From Candidatus Margulisiibacteriota bacterium (GTDB lineage: Bacteria > Margulisbacteria > Marinamargulisbacteria > UBA817): a DNA stretch of 55,045 bases. Below are positions 1 through 9,132 of the stretch, one piece after another. Within the stretch, counting starts at the first letter, position 1. Each line of letters starts with the position of its first letter. The notes below the pieces were generated by a model. The model ran no database searches. It saw only the letters and a program-made list of their open reading frames with translations, and was not told where the DNA came from. The translations under genes were made by a program, and so were the position numbers. The DNA lies in the NCBI GenBank assembly GCA_016779165.1, contig JADHOE010000004.1, forward strand, positions 1 to 55,045, read 5' to 3'.

Positions 1-807
1 GTAGAATTGGGCGGTATTTTAAACGCCTTGGGGTGCAAGGTGCACATCATCATACGAAAAGAACATGTGTTGACTGGATTTGATTCCGATTTTCAAACAG
101 AGTTGCACCAGCGTTACCTAGCATCTGGCATGGTTATCCATTCAGAAACTAGCATATCGAGCATTCAATCATCCGGGCAACAACTGCAAGTCGAATGTAA
201 TAATGGCCTGGTTATTGACGCTGACCGCGTGATCCAAGCCCTTGGCCGATCGCCAAACACTGCAGAGCTTAATTGCCAGGCCATTGGGATTGAGTGCGCG
301 AGCAATGGGCGCATTGTGGTTAATGAAGATTATCAGACCTCTGTGCCAAGCATTTATGCCATTGGCGATTGCAGCAATGCGGTGCAATTGACACCCGTGG
401 CCATTGCCGAGGGGCGAGAATGGGTAAGCAAGGTTCTTTTAAAGCAATCGTTTGATGTGGATTATACCGTTGTACCCACTGCTATTTTTTCTCACCCAGA
501 GGCGGCAACCGTTGGGGTAACAGAGGCCGATGCCAGGCATGAATATAATAATGTATCAACAAAAATACTCAGGTTTAACCCACTAACCTCCGCATTAAAT
601 CAGGCAAAAAAAGATGCGGTATGGATCAAGTTGATATTTCAGGGCTCAAAGGAGCGACTTATTGGGGTTCACATGGTGTGTGACAATGCCTCTGAAATCA
701 TTCAATGCTTGGCCATTGCCATTCAAAACGGGGTGTGCAAGCAGGATCTAGACACCACCATGGCACTTCATCCCAGCATTTCTGAAGAATTGGTGACCAT
801 TTATTGA
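1..807 (+). CDS. gor: Glutathione reductase-like pyridine nucleotide-disulfide oxidoreductase, 5' partial
   Basis: Frame open from base 1 (VELGG). Motifs GRSPN, IYAIGD, QLTPVAIAEG, VPTAIFSHPE and C-terminal HPSISEE. Confidence 0.85.
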   Translation, partial: VELGGILNALGCKVHIIIRKEHVLTGFDSDFQTELHQRYLASGMVIHSETSISSIQSSGQQLQVECNNGLVIDADRVIQALGRSPNTAELNCQAIGIECASNGRIVVNEDYQTSVPSIYAIGDCSNAVQLTPVAIAEGREWVSKVLLKQSFDVDYTVVPTAIFSHPEAATVGVTEADARHEYNNVSTKILRFNPLTSALNQAKKDAVWIKLIFQGSKERLIGVHMVCDNASEIIQCLAIAIQNGVCKQDLDTTMALHPSISEELVTIY

Positions 808-871
808 ACGGTATATGTTTAAGTTTTTTGTTTTATGGGTAAGTAATGTTATAAAACATTTGGAGGTACTT

Positions 872-1225
872 ATGATAAAAAAACTGGTATTTGGAATGCT
901 ATTGGTGATGTGCGTGATGGGGTGCGCAAAGAAGGAATCCTCTGCAGCCTTAACATTGACCCCACCAGAATGGGCAATTGGGACATGGGGTAATACAAAT
1001 ATGGGTACTACCTGGACCATTTCAGCATCAGAAATTAAGTATGTTTTTGAGGGCGGTGAAATTAATTATGGCGGGCTTGCAACGAGTCAAGCTGTAACGG
1101 AGACAACCTATACCATTACAGCGCCTGGTGACGGCGGTGATGCAAACATTGTTTTCACCAAGGTAGATGCCACAACAATAAAAATAAATATGTCTGGTAG
1201 TGGTGATTTCACATACACCAAATAA
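872..1225 (+). CDS. Small lipoprotein of unknown function
   Basis: GGAGG at 862-866 before ATG 872. Signal MIKKLVFGMLLVMCVMG-C with lipobox. Beta-rich body containing IGTW. Confidence 0.7.
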   Translation: MIKKLVFGMLLVMCVMGCAKKESSAALTLTPPEWAIGTWGNTNMGTTWTISASEIKYVFEGGEINYGGLATSQAVTETTYTITAPGDGGDANIVFTKVDATTIKINMSGSGDFTYTK

Positions 1226-1309
1226 TAAAATATAATCGGTTGCAGATGAGCGAGGATGATCGCTGACTGCCACCATTTAAATGCATTCTTGGCCATGGTA
1301 CATTAAATC

Positions 1310-2299
1310 ATGGCCAAGAATGCGCTGCACCATTTTGATGCAACCACCCATTGGGTAAATCACAATTTTAGTAACGATACTCGGGTGAATTTGCCCAAGC
1401 TTCTCTGCCATATTAACCAAAAAAGGAATGTGTTTTTAAACCCAAATACCCAACGGTTCATGGGGCATTTGCAGCAACTGTCACATGGCCCTGGCGGGGA
1501 AATTTTCGTTAAGAATGGTTGCATTCATTTGCAAGCAAACATGGAAGGCATTAAGGAAGCAAGTATAGAGGATCATTTAAAGGGCTTGTCCCCATGGCGA
1601 AAAGGCCCCTTTCAAGTGGGCAATGTGCTCATCGACTCAGAATGGAGATCCAATATGAAATGGGATCGATTTGACCCCTATTTTTCATCGCTTAAACATA
1701 AGAAGGTGCTGGATATTGGTTGTGGCAATGGCTATTACATGTTTCGAATGCTTGAGCACCACCCCAATTTGGTCGTAGGCATTGACCCCAGTCACTTAAC
1801 GTACTTTCAATTCCATGCCATGCGCCACATGAGCAGGACCGATACTCTGCATTATTTGCCTGTTGGTTGGAATGCCTGTGAGGCGTTTTCTAATTTTTTC
1901 GATGTGGTCTGTTGCATGGGCATTTTGTACCACCATCGATCGCCCATGGATATTTTATCCGCCATACGACAGGCCGCCACTAAAAAGGTAACATTGTTAT
2001 TGGACACATTAATTATCGATGGTAATGAGGATGTTGCATTGTTTCCCAAAGACCGGTACGCGAATATGCCCAATGTGTACTTTATACCAACTGTTCCATG
2101 TTTGTCGCACATGCTGGCCCGGTCAGGGTTTAAAAATATCGATGTTTTATCGGTGGATCAAACCTCTGTGGATGAACAGCGAGCCACGCCGTGGTCCTTT
2201 GAGTTTTCGCTACAAGATGGACTAAACCCAAAGAATACTAACGAAACCATTGAAGGGTACCCAGCACCTCGACGAGTGGCGCTGGTTGCGACGTTGTAA
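1310..2299 (+). CDS. cmoB: tRNA U34 carboxymethyltransferase CmoB
   Basis: LSPWRKGPF, IDSEWRSNMKWDR, VLDIGCGNGYY, GILYHHRSP, RYANMPNVYFIP, TIEGYPAPRR. Confidence 0.95.
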   Translation: MAKNALHHFDATTHWVNHNFSNDTRVNLPKLLCHINQKRNVFLNPNTQRFMGHLQQLSHGPGGEIFVKNGCIHLQANMEGIKEASIEDHLKGLSPWRKGPFQVGNVLIDSEWRSNMKWDRFDPYFSSLKHKKVLDIGCGNGYYMFRMLEHHPNLVVGIDPSHLTYFQFHAMRHMSRTDTLHYLPVGWNACEAFSNFFDVVCCMGILYHHRSPMDILSAIRQAATKKVTLLLDTLIIDGNEDVALFPKDRYANMPNVYFIPTVPCLSHMLARSGFKNIDVLSVDQTSVDEQRATPWSFEFSLQDGLNPKNTNETIEGYPAPRRVALVATL

Positions 2300-2339
2300 T
2301 ATTACTTTTTTATTTGTTTATATTAAACAACTCCCTTTA

Positions 2340-2367
2340 ATTTAACATAATATATATTATGCGACAT
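2340..2367 (-). other. dif: dif site (XerC/XerD chromosome dimer resolution site)
   Basis: Minus strand reads ATGTCGCATAA-TATATA-TTATGTTAAAT; E. coli dif is GGTGCGCATAA-TGTATA-TTATGTTAAAT. XerD arm identical, 6-bp spacer, inner 7 nt of XerC arm identical. Intergenic. Confidence 0.9.
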
Positions 2368-2414
2368 TGTAAGGAAGTGGCTTTTCTTGGTTGTATAAAC
2401 CACCTGAACAACGT

Positions 2415-2759
2415 TTAATTAACTGGGCAAAGCATGCACGTGTCCTTGTCGCTAGACGACACCTGCTCTTTTTGTGTATCCGTTAATATGGCATCAATGG
2501 CACCATGGTACTCTTTTTTTATTTCATCAATTTTTAGTTGGTATTTGGTGTTAATGCTATCCATCTGCGTTTGCTGTGCTTTTGTTAATGTTAATGCTGA
2601 GTATCGGTTTTTTTTGTGATCATGGTTTAACTGGTGCTTTGTGTGCTTTTTTTCATGTTGAGACTTCACCTTGTCTCCGACGCCGCAGCCACCACAATGT
2701 GCCATACCAAGTGTTGATAGTCCAATAATCATACTGCTAATAATGATTGTTTTTTTCAT
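2415..2759 (-). CDS. Secreted His/Cys-rich protein with two LTxxQ (Spy/CpxP-like) motifs
   Basis: SD AGGAGG. Signal peptide, then HCGGCG, a His-rich linker, LTKAQ, LTDTQ and C-terminal CMLC. Confidence 0.7.
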   Translation of the reverse strand: MKKTIIISSMIIGLSTLGMAHCGGCGVGDKVKSQHEKKHTKHQLNHDHKKNRYSALTLTKAQQTQMDSINTKYQLKIDEIKKEYHGAIDAILTDTQKEQVSSSDKDTCMLCPVN

Positions 2760-2829
2760 TTTTTCCTCCTAAATAGGATCATACAATGAAATAGAGTTAA
2801 ATTTAAATATAATCATCCAGCTCAAACGG

Positions 2830-3204
2830 CTAATTCGTTAGATGGGCTTTAATAAGGTTGATTTGCTTACTAAACATGCGTGGCGAGACACGATCAAAGA
2901 TTTCTGACAATGATGTTTTAAGGGTTATGCATGGATGGTCCTTTAAATACCGGATCAATTGCTTGCATTTGACTTCCAGCTCTAGATGCAGTGTATCAGC
3001 ATGGGGTGTATTGTTTAGATGTTGAATTTGAGAAATTAGGCCTTTAATATCGTTTAGTTGTTTGTTTGGGTCGTCAATACCAGCCACTTTGGTATCCCTA
3101 AATTCCCTTGATATGTCTTTAAATGTTTGATTGAAGTCTGATTCTGTCATACTTCGATCAAGTGCCTGTGGTGGGATGTATGTGCTTTGGGATGGTATCA
3201 ACAT
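2830..3204 (-). CDS. Hypothetical protein
   Basis: ORF 2830-3255; AGGAG before ATG 3204 suggests that start. No recognised motif. Confidence 0.5.
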   Translation of the reverse strand: MLIPSQSTYIPPQALDRSMTESDFNQTFKDISREFRDTKVAGIDDPNKQLNDIKGLISQIQHLNNTPHADTLHLELEVKCKQLIRYLKDHPCITLKTSLSEIFDRVSPRMFSKQINLIKAHLTN

Positions 3205-3339
3205 TTTTTTACTCCTGGATTGGTCATTGATTGCTCTGTATGGCAAAACTGCCATACAGTCGCACTCTCAGTCTCCTATATTAAATATAGGTTTTTTCAC
3301 TCATTTTCTTGCATGGATATAATCTGGTATATTGACCAT

Positions 3340-4641
3340 ATGCATGAATCACCGCAATGGATGTCTGATTGGTATGAACAATCATTGAACCAATTTAAAT
3401 CGACTGATAATCGTGGATTAGATTCAGTTGAAGCTGCATCTCATGATTTTATCGACTATGATTCCTTGCCATCGCCATTATCTCCCCCCAATGTTGCAAT
3501 TGTAAAATTAAATGGTGGTTTGGGCACAAGCATGGGCTGCAATGGGCCAAAGTCGTTGATTCCATGTGTTAGCAACCGCACATTTTTGGATATTATTATT
3601 CAGCAACATGAGGCATCCCCTATTTCGTCCTCATTGATTTTGTTGAACAGTTTTAATACATCTGCTGACACCAATACATTTTTTAGCCAGTCATACCCAA
3701 CCGTTAAATGGACTGAAATCATGCAGTATCCATTTAAAAAAATCAACGCTCGTACCCAGCAGCCATATGAATCAAATGATGTGGCCCATTTTAATCCGCC
3801 CGGCCATGGCAGCGTGTATTTTGATTTGTACCACTCGGGGTGTTTATCAACATTAAAAGAATTGGGCATATCGTATGTGTTTATTTCAAATGCTGACAAT
3901 CTTGCCGCTACCTGTGATCCTAAGATTGCACAATACATGGCCACATCTGGCTGCCCTTTTTTAATGGAATTAACGCAGAAAAAGCCATCGGATATTAAAG
4001 GCGGAACAGTTGTTCGAAGCAATAATCACTACCGGTTATGGGAAATTGCGCAAGTGGGTGACGATCAATTGTCCGATTTTCATGCGCAGCCTTATTTTAA
4101 TACAAACAATATTTGGGTTAATATTGATGCATTAATTCAGGCCATCGAAAGTCATCAGTTACAATTGGATTTAATTTTTAATAAAAAAACATCTGGGGTG
4201 GAGTCGTTCATACAGCTTGAATATGCCATGGGATCAGCCATTCAATCGTTTCATAATGGCAAGGCCATGGTTGTGCCTAGACAGCGATTTTTGCCTGTAA
4301 AAACAACAAGTGACTTGCTGTTGTTAAAAAGCAACGTTGTGGCCATTGATTCAAACGGAGCATTGGCCTGGGATACCGATTCGTCCATCAGTATTCAACT
4401 CAACCCACCTTTTCACACAATCGATGGCTTTAATCACTATTTAAAGGCAATTCCCTTGTTAAAAGATGCCACTCGTTTTGAATTGACTGGCCCTGTTTAC
4501 TTTAACCATACGGTTTCTTGCATTGGCAATGTGGCCATTAAAGCCAATCACTCCTCCCCGATATGCATTCACCCTGATATCCATAAAATTGAAGGAAAAC
4601 CACCAACCAACGCGCTGATTTCCACCTCAGTTCAGGGCTAA
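3340..4641 (+). CDS. UTP-glucose-1-phosphate uridylyltransferase, eukaryote-type UDPGP family
   Basis: KLNGGLGTSMGC-GPKS, TFLDI, NSFNT, PPGHG, SNADNL, KGG, FNTNNIW, RFLPVKTTSDL. Start set at ATG 3340. Confidence 0.9.
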   Translation: MHESPQWMSDWYEQSLNQFKSTDNRGLDSVEAASHDFIDYDSLPSPLSPPNVAIVKLNGGLGTSMGCNGPKSLIPCVSNRTFLDIIIQQHEASPISSSLILLNSFNTSADTNTFFSQSYPTVKWTEIMQYPFKKINARTQQPYESNDVAHFNPPGHGSVYFDLYHSGCLSTLKELGISYVFISNADNLAATCDPKIAQYMATSGCPFLMELTQKKPSDIKGGTVVRSNNHYRLWEIAQVGDDQLSDFHAQPYFNTNNIWVNIDALIQAIESHQLQLDLIFNKKTSGVESFIQLEYAMGSAIQSFHNGKAMVVPRQRFLPVKTTSDLLLLKSNVVAIDSNGALAWDTDSSISIQLNPPFHTIDGFNHYLKAIPLLKDATRFELTGPVYFNHTVSCIGNVAIKANHSSPICIHPDIHKIEGKPPTNALISTSVQG

Positions 4642-4672
4642 CTTTTTTTGCTTTTGTATCGATACAAATAGT

Positions 4673-4924
4673 ATGAGCTCGTCTAACGATATATCCAACG
4701 ACATGCAAACCATCATGAGCTTGCTTCAAGAAGATTCCCCTGACATATTAGATTTATGCGATTTGGTGTACCACTACAATAAAAGCCTTGGTCTAACGTA
4801 TACCACGATTCGAGATCTAATTGCTGATCTTCCGCCTGTAAATCGATACATTGCCTTGGGAAACTTTCTAAAAGTGATTCAAGAATTAACCTCTCCTCAA
4901 CTGTTTATTCACATTGATGACTGA
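4673..4924 (+). CDS. Hypothetical protein
   Basis: 83-aa ORF filling the gap between two + strand genes. Confidence 0.5.
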   Translation: MSSSNDISNDMQTIMSLLQEDSPDILDLCDLVYHYNKSLGLTYTTIRDLIADLPPVNRYIALGNFLKVIQELTSPQLFIHIDD

Positions 4925-4954
4925 CTGTTTCGGTTTCGGTCAATAGTGATTCAT

Positions 4955-4983
4955 TTGCCAATCCAAAAAAGTCCGTCCATAAT
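4955..4983 (+). promoter_or_regulatory. Sigma70-type promoter, predicted leaderless transcript
   Basis: TTGCCA (4955-4960), 17 nt, CATAAT (4978-4983), 6 nt, ATG 4990. No SD. Confidence 0.6.
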
Positions 4984-4989
4984 TTTTAT

Positions 4990-6027
4990 ATGGCCCATTT
5001 TTACATCTTTACAAACTCTCCTGGAGAAGTGTTTTCGTGGGTGTCTCCGATTTGTGATGCCTTAGGGAAGGCGTACCCCAACGCAAACATTCATGTGTTT
5101 TTAACGCCATGCCAATACGCAACTGGGGAGGAAGCACGTGTTTGCCAATCGTTCACCAAAGTATCGAAGGTCCATGCTCCAATGGAAACACTTCGTCATG
5201 CCTGGTTAGGTACCACACATGAACCTGGGGTTGTGTTTTTTTTAGGCGGAGACCCCATTCATGCCAAGCGGTTTTCAAAAAAAACAAACTCTCGCTTGCT
5301 TGGCTATTCTGAGAATTCCATATCACCAAGCGGTTTTGATGCACTAACCATTCGATCTTTGGGGGCTGATCTTATGGCAGAGGGAATTGTGCTAACACCA
5401 AATCATTTACGAAAGGGGGTGGTGCTTTTGCCGGGATCTCGCCCCGAACACTTGGATGTGGCATTGCCACTGATGATCCAATTATCCCAAACTATTTCAG
5501 ATATAACCATTATGCTATCGCCATTTACGTCGCCCAAAAAGGCACGCGATATCCAAAAAGAATACCCGACCCACTCGGTTGTAGTGATGCGTTCTATAAA
5601 CGATTTATCCAGGTTTAAAATTGCCTTAACCATTCCTGGAACCAACACCATGCAATTGGCCTATTTTTCCATCCCATTTATGATGATATTGCCCACGCAT
5701 CAATCAAAAATCTTACGTTTAAATGGCCTCATGGGGTTATTGTTAATGGTCCCAATATTAGGTCCTGGTTTAAAATACCTTGCATGCCGTGTATTGGGTC
5801 AAAAAAAACGACTGTATGCACTGCCAAATCAATTGCTAAATAAGGCTGTTTGCCCCGAAGTTGTTGGTCGTTTTTCCATTGATTTAACCAGAAAAAAATT
5901 TGAAGAATTTGTGAATAATTCACAGCTTCATCACGAAATATCTGATAAATTTAAGGCATTAGCACCAACAAAAAGTGTGATGGGTGATTGGCTAAATTGG
6001 CTAAAAACGAATGTTAATCTTAGTTAA
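4990..6027 (+). CDS. Lipid-A-disaccharide synthase (LpxB)-related GT-B protein
   Basis: N-terminal TNSPGE, LLPGSR and PGTNT resemble LpxB GE, LPGSR and SGT motifs; LPN near the C-terminus. Confidence 0.6.
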   Translation: MAHFYIFTNSPGEVFSWVSPICDALGKAYPNANIHVFLTPCQYATGEEARVCQSFTKVSKVHAPMETLRHAWLGTTHEPGVVFFLGGDPIHAKRFSKKTNSRLLGYSENSISPSGFDALTIRSLGADLMAEGIVLTPNHLRKGVVLLPGSRPEHLDVALPLMIQLSQTISDITIMLSPFTSPKKARDIQKEYPTHSVVVMRSINDLSRFKIALTIPGTNTMQLAYFSIPFMMILPTHQSKILRLNGLMGLLLMVPILGPGLKYLACRVLGQKKRLYALPNQLLNKAVCPEVVGRFSIDLTRKKFEEFVNNSQLHHEISDKFKALAPTKSVMGDWLNWLKTNVNLS

Positions 6028-6697
6028 ACTTTATGGTGTCAATTTCAAATTCAATGGTTTCGCTTTTGTATTTAGAACTGAGCACCACCAATTGCATTTG
6101 AATCAGCCCGCCAGACCCATACAGTTGGTTGGGATTCCAAATGTTGTCACCAATTTCTGGATTAAAATCAACAAAATCAATCAGTGGAATGCTAACCACT
6201 TTCCAGCCTTTCCAGATTAAATTCAAGTCATAAATGAGCAAGTCATCTTTCGATGGCATTTGTTTGTCAGAATCAATGTCCACAACATTGTTGTTATTAT
6301 CATCATCGTAAAGCTCAATTCGAATTGCACCTGCATTGAGTTTTGGAGAATAAATCACCAGTTTTAATGTCGTAAAGTGTTGGGCGTCTTCGTTTAAATA
6401 GGTGCCAATGCCACCTGCATACCAGTTGTACGATGACCCATTAATAATCATAGATGTTTCACCAAGGTAAGGCTTTTCCTCGGTCACTTTTTTTGTATTA
6501 ATCATAACTTTGCCGAACGACCACCACTCCCTAAAGGTAACCAAATCATTGTCTTCAAAATCATCCACCATCAGAACGGATGGTTTTTTGGTTGTTGTTT
6601 GATTTAAATTTGTTGTAGGAAGCTCTTCAATTTCAACAGTGAACGATTGCCCAAATAAAGGAAGGGCAACCAACAATATCAAAAAAAAATGTGCCAT
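6020..6697 (-). CDS. Secreted carbohydrate-binding-module-like (CBM11/CIA30-type beta-sandwich) protein
   Basis: Signal peptide, VDDFED, WKGWKVVSIPL-DF and terminal IDTIKF, typical of galactose-binding-like folds. Confidence 0.55.
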   Translation of the reverse strand: MAHFFLILLVALPLFGQSFTVEIEELPTTNLNQTTTKKPSVLMVDDFEDNDLVTFREWWSFGKVMINTKKVTEEKPYLGETSMIINGSSYNWYAGGIGTYLNEDAQHFTTLKLVIYSPKLNAGAIRIELYDDDNNNNVVDIDSDKQMPSKDDLLIYDLNLIWKGWKVVSIPLIDFVDFNPEIGDNIWNPNQLYGSGGLIQMQLVVLSSKYKSETIEFEIDTIKFN

Positions 6698-6733
6698 ACA
6701 AATAGCCTAACGGATCGACGATTTTTTGAAAAG

Positions 6734-8005
6734 TTATAAATCGTGGTTTTTCTTGAGGGTGACAACAAGCTCTCCAGCCATCGGGTTCGCGTAAATATTG
6801 GGCACCCAAATAATCTGAGATTCTGTAAAAATTACTGGGTGAATGCATTGTTCAATTGGGGATAAGCAATGCGCGCGGTATGTCTTTTTTTTTGATGGGT
6901 GTGGGCATGCCTTAACGCTGCTTACAAATAGCGCTGATACCATGCGTCTTGTAACGCAACACCGAAGGGGCGTGCTTTTAAAGGGCACGTTAAACTCTGT
7001 GGCAGAAAACAGTCCAAATGCAGTTGGTTGTGTTGCATTGCACCTAATGGGTTGAATTGGTGAACTCAATTGATTGCCAAAATCATGAGGTGCAATTATC
7101 ACCCATTTGTAATCAAACATCACCTTGTAGTCGTTAAATATCACCGAGGTGGTGTGATTCGCTTCAAGACCATGCTTTATTTTTTGTTCTTGGTTTGCAT
7201 TGACTGCCTGCATAAACTCATGCTCCAAAACCATTTTCAATAACAGATGAGCATTGGTTTTTTCTAAGAGTTGTGCCTTCTTTAGCCAGTGGGCATCAAA
7301 AGCAAATTGAATGGGTAAGCGTTTGGATTCATTTACCAAGGTAGCCTCTGTTTGCTTTAGGTAGTTCAGTGTTCGGACGATATCCCCATGATGTCCGCCC
7401 AAACTTTCTGAGCAATGCGATAAAGCTTTTCTCAATCGATTGCGCTGATATGCAGTTGTTGCATTGCTAGAATCGGTTAAATGGCGATGATTATTCTCTA
7501 AAAGGTAATCTTGGATGTTTTTTTTAGATATCCCTAGCAATGGGTGCACAATGGCAATCGAATCCACCCATGTTTTTTTTGGAATCCCTCTAAAGTTGGT
7601 GGTTGCGCCCTTATAAAACTGCATCCACATGGTTTCAACATCATCATCCAAATGATGACCGGTTAATGCGGCGGGCAATCCATGCGTTTTGCAAATGCTT
7701 ATGGTTTCTTTTATCCGTAACTCCCTAAAGTGGGCTTGATTTTTTTTATTCAATTCCAAATGAACGATGTGGGTGGTAAAGCCATAGGTATTGCCCAATG
7801 CATGTACCAACTCGATCTCATCAGGCGTCTCTGTTGGGCGAAGGTGATGATTAAAGTACACAATGTGATGTTTTGTATTGCTCGCCAATGCGACCATGTG
7901 AACCAAAAATACTGAGTCTGGCCCACCAGAACAGCACATAAGAATGGGGTGATAATTAACGCATGAAAGCTCATGTTTAATGTTGTCAATTAGTGGCTTT
8001 ATCAT
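6734..8005 (-). CDS. tilS: tRNA(Ile)-lysidine synthase
   Basis: SGGPDS PP-loop, NHHLR, GHHLDDDVET, HPLL, DSSN-YQRNRLR. ATG 8005 overlaps the upstream stop. Confidence 0.9.
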   Translation of the reverse strand: MIKPLIDNIKHELSCVNYHPILMCCSGGPDSVFLVHMVALASNTKHHIVYFNHHLRPTETPDEIELVHALGNTYGFTTHIVHLELNKKNQAHFRELRIKETISICKTHGLPAALTGHHLDDDVETMWMQFYKGATTNFRGIPKKTWVDSIAIVHPLLGISKKNIQDYLLENNHRHLTDSSNATTAYQRNRLRKALSHCSESLGGHHGDIVRTLNYLKQTEATLVNESKRLPIQFAFDAHWLKKAQLLEKTNAHLLLKMVLEHEFMQAVNANQEQKIKHGLEANHTTSVIFNDYKVMFDYKWVIIAPHDFGNQLSSPIQPIRCNATQPTAFGLFSATEFNVPFKSTPLRCCVTRRMVSALFVSSVKACPHPSKKKTYRAHCLSPIEQCIHPVIFTESQIIWVPNIYANPMAGELVVTLKKNHDL

Positions 8006-8688
8006 TAATCTTCTGTAAAAATAACCACCACATTTGGAGTGCATCTTATTTTGTCTAAGTTATTGTAAAATGAATCCAATGACAAAAAGTAAATCCCAAG
8101 GCCAATGTCTCGTTGCAATGCCTCTTTCTTAATTTCTGGCGTTAAATGCTCGGCTGCTACACCAATAAATGCCAGTGGTTCTTTAGAGGGGGTGGTCTGA
8201 TCTAAAAAATGAAGGTCATCAATGTGGCGAATAAGGTACGCCAATTGAAGGGGGGCATTAAATTGGGTTAGTTGGCTAAAAATACGCTTGTCAAATGTTG
8301 AAAATACATACGAAATGATGGAACGCTGGTTGGCGTTTAGTAACGCGTCAACTAAAAAAGAAACACCATTGGGTGACCCACTCTTAATTTCAATATTCAA
8401 CGTGAATGGCTTTGATTGTTTGCTTATCCAAGAGCAAAAATCAGGTAAAAACAAGTGGTCTTTACGTGTTTTAAACTGCCGCCAGGGCTGTTTATTTTTT
8501 GTTGGAAACGGGTCGTGGTGAATCACCCATGAATCGGACTTTTTGTGTGAATATTGCCTTAGATCACATTCAAATCCGTCCAAACAAAAGCCCAACCGTT
8601 GAACTGTATGATTAAATGCATCAATTGAATTTTCTTTAAATTCATTGTGCCAGCTGCCACGGTGGGCCAGCCAAAGTGGGTTAATCAT
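8005..8688 (-). CDS. Glycerophosphodiester phosphodiesterase family protein
   Basis: AHRG, ENSIDAF, FECDLR, VIHHD, LNIEIK, STFD. ATG 8688 overlaps the end of the DUF192 gene. Confidence 0.8.
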   Translation of the reverse strand: MINPLWLAHRGSWHNEFKENSIDAFNHTVQRLGFCLDGFECDLRQYSHKKSDSWVIHHDPFPTKNKQPWRQFKTRKDHLFLPDFCSWISKQSKPFTLNIEIKSGSPNGVSFLVDALLNANQRSIISYVFSTFDKRIFSQLTQFNAPLQLAYLIRHIDDLHFLDQTTPSKEPLAFIGVAAEHLTPEIKKEALQRDIGLGIYFLSLDSFYNNLDKIRCTPNVVVIFTED

Positions 8689-9118
8689 CCTCAACAAAGT
8701 ATTGCACGGCATCACCAACATGAATCCCATGGGTTTTAGATACGCCAGCATTGATTTCCAAAACTTTTGATGCGTCGCGAGTTGTTTTATAAATTGGGCA
8801 ATCATTTTTGCCACAGGGCTGTGCATTTTTGACAATGTACACAATGATATCTTCGTCATTAATAAATAAGATATCGAGGGGAATTTTTGTGTTTTTCATC
8901 CAAAATTTTGGCTGGCCTAGTTCAGGAAAAATAAACAGCATTCCGCTGTCTTTCGGCAATGAGTCTTCTCCCATTAAGCCTTTTGCTCGAGTAATGGGTG
9001 TATCCGCAATACGCGCATCAAAGCAGGTTGATTTAATGCACGTTTTAACATGATTGAAATTTCCAACCAGTGGTGAAGAAATCAAAAACAACGGTATTAG
9101 AAAAAACAATATGCGCAT
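8681..9118 (-). CDS. DUF192 family exported protein
   Basis: IADT-RAKGLM, GMLFIF, FWMKNTKIPLDILFI, VLEINAG, GIHVGD. Confidence 0.9.
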   Translation of the reverse strand: MRILFFLIPLFLISSPLVGNFNHVKTCIKSTCFDARIADTPITRAKGLMGEDSLPKDSGMLFIFPELGQPKFWMKNTKIPLDILFINDEDIIVYIVKNAQPCGKNDCPIYKTTRDASKVLEINAGVSKTHGIHVGDAVQYFVEDD

Positions 9119-9132
9119 GGTACAGTAAATTC

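Noticed and set aside
3187-3339. Long N-terminal extensions in the ORF track for UGPase, and likewise GDPD, menA, tilS and fbaB
   Set aside because: They overlap neighbouring genes and precede the conserved domain. Downstream ATGs have a -10 box, an SD or stop-start coupling.
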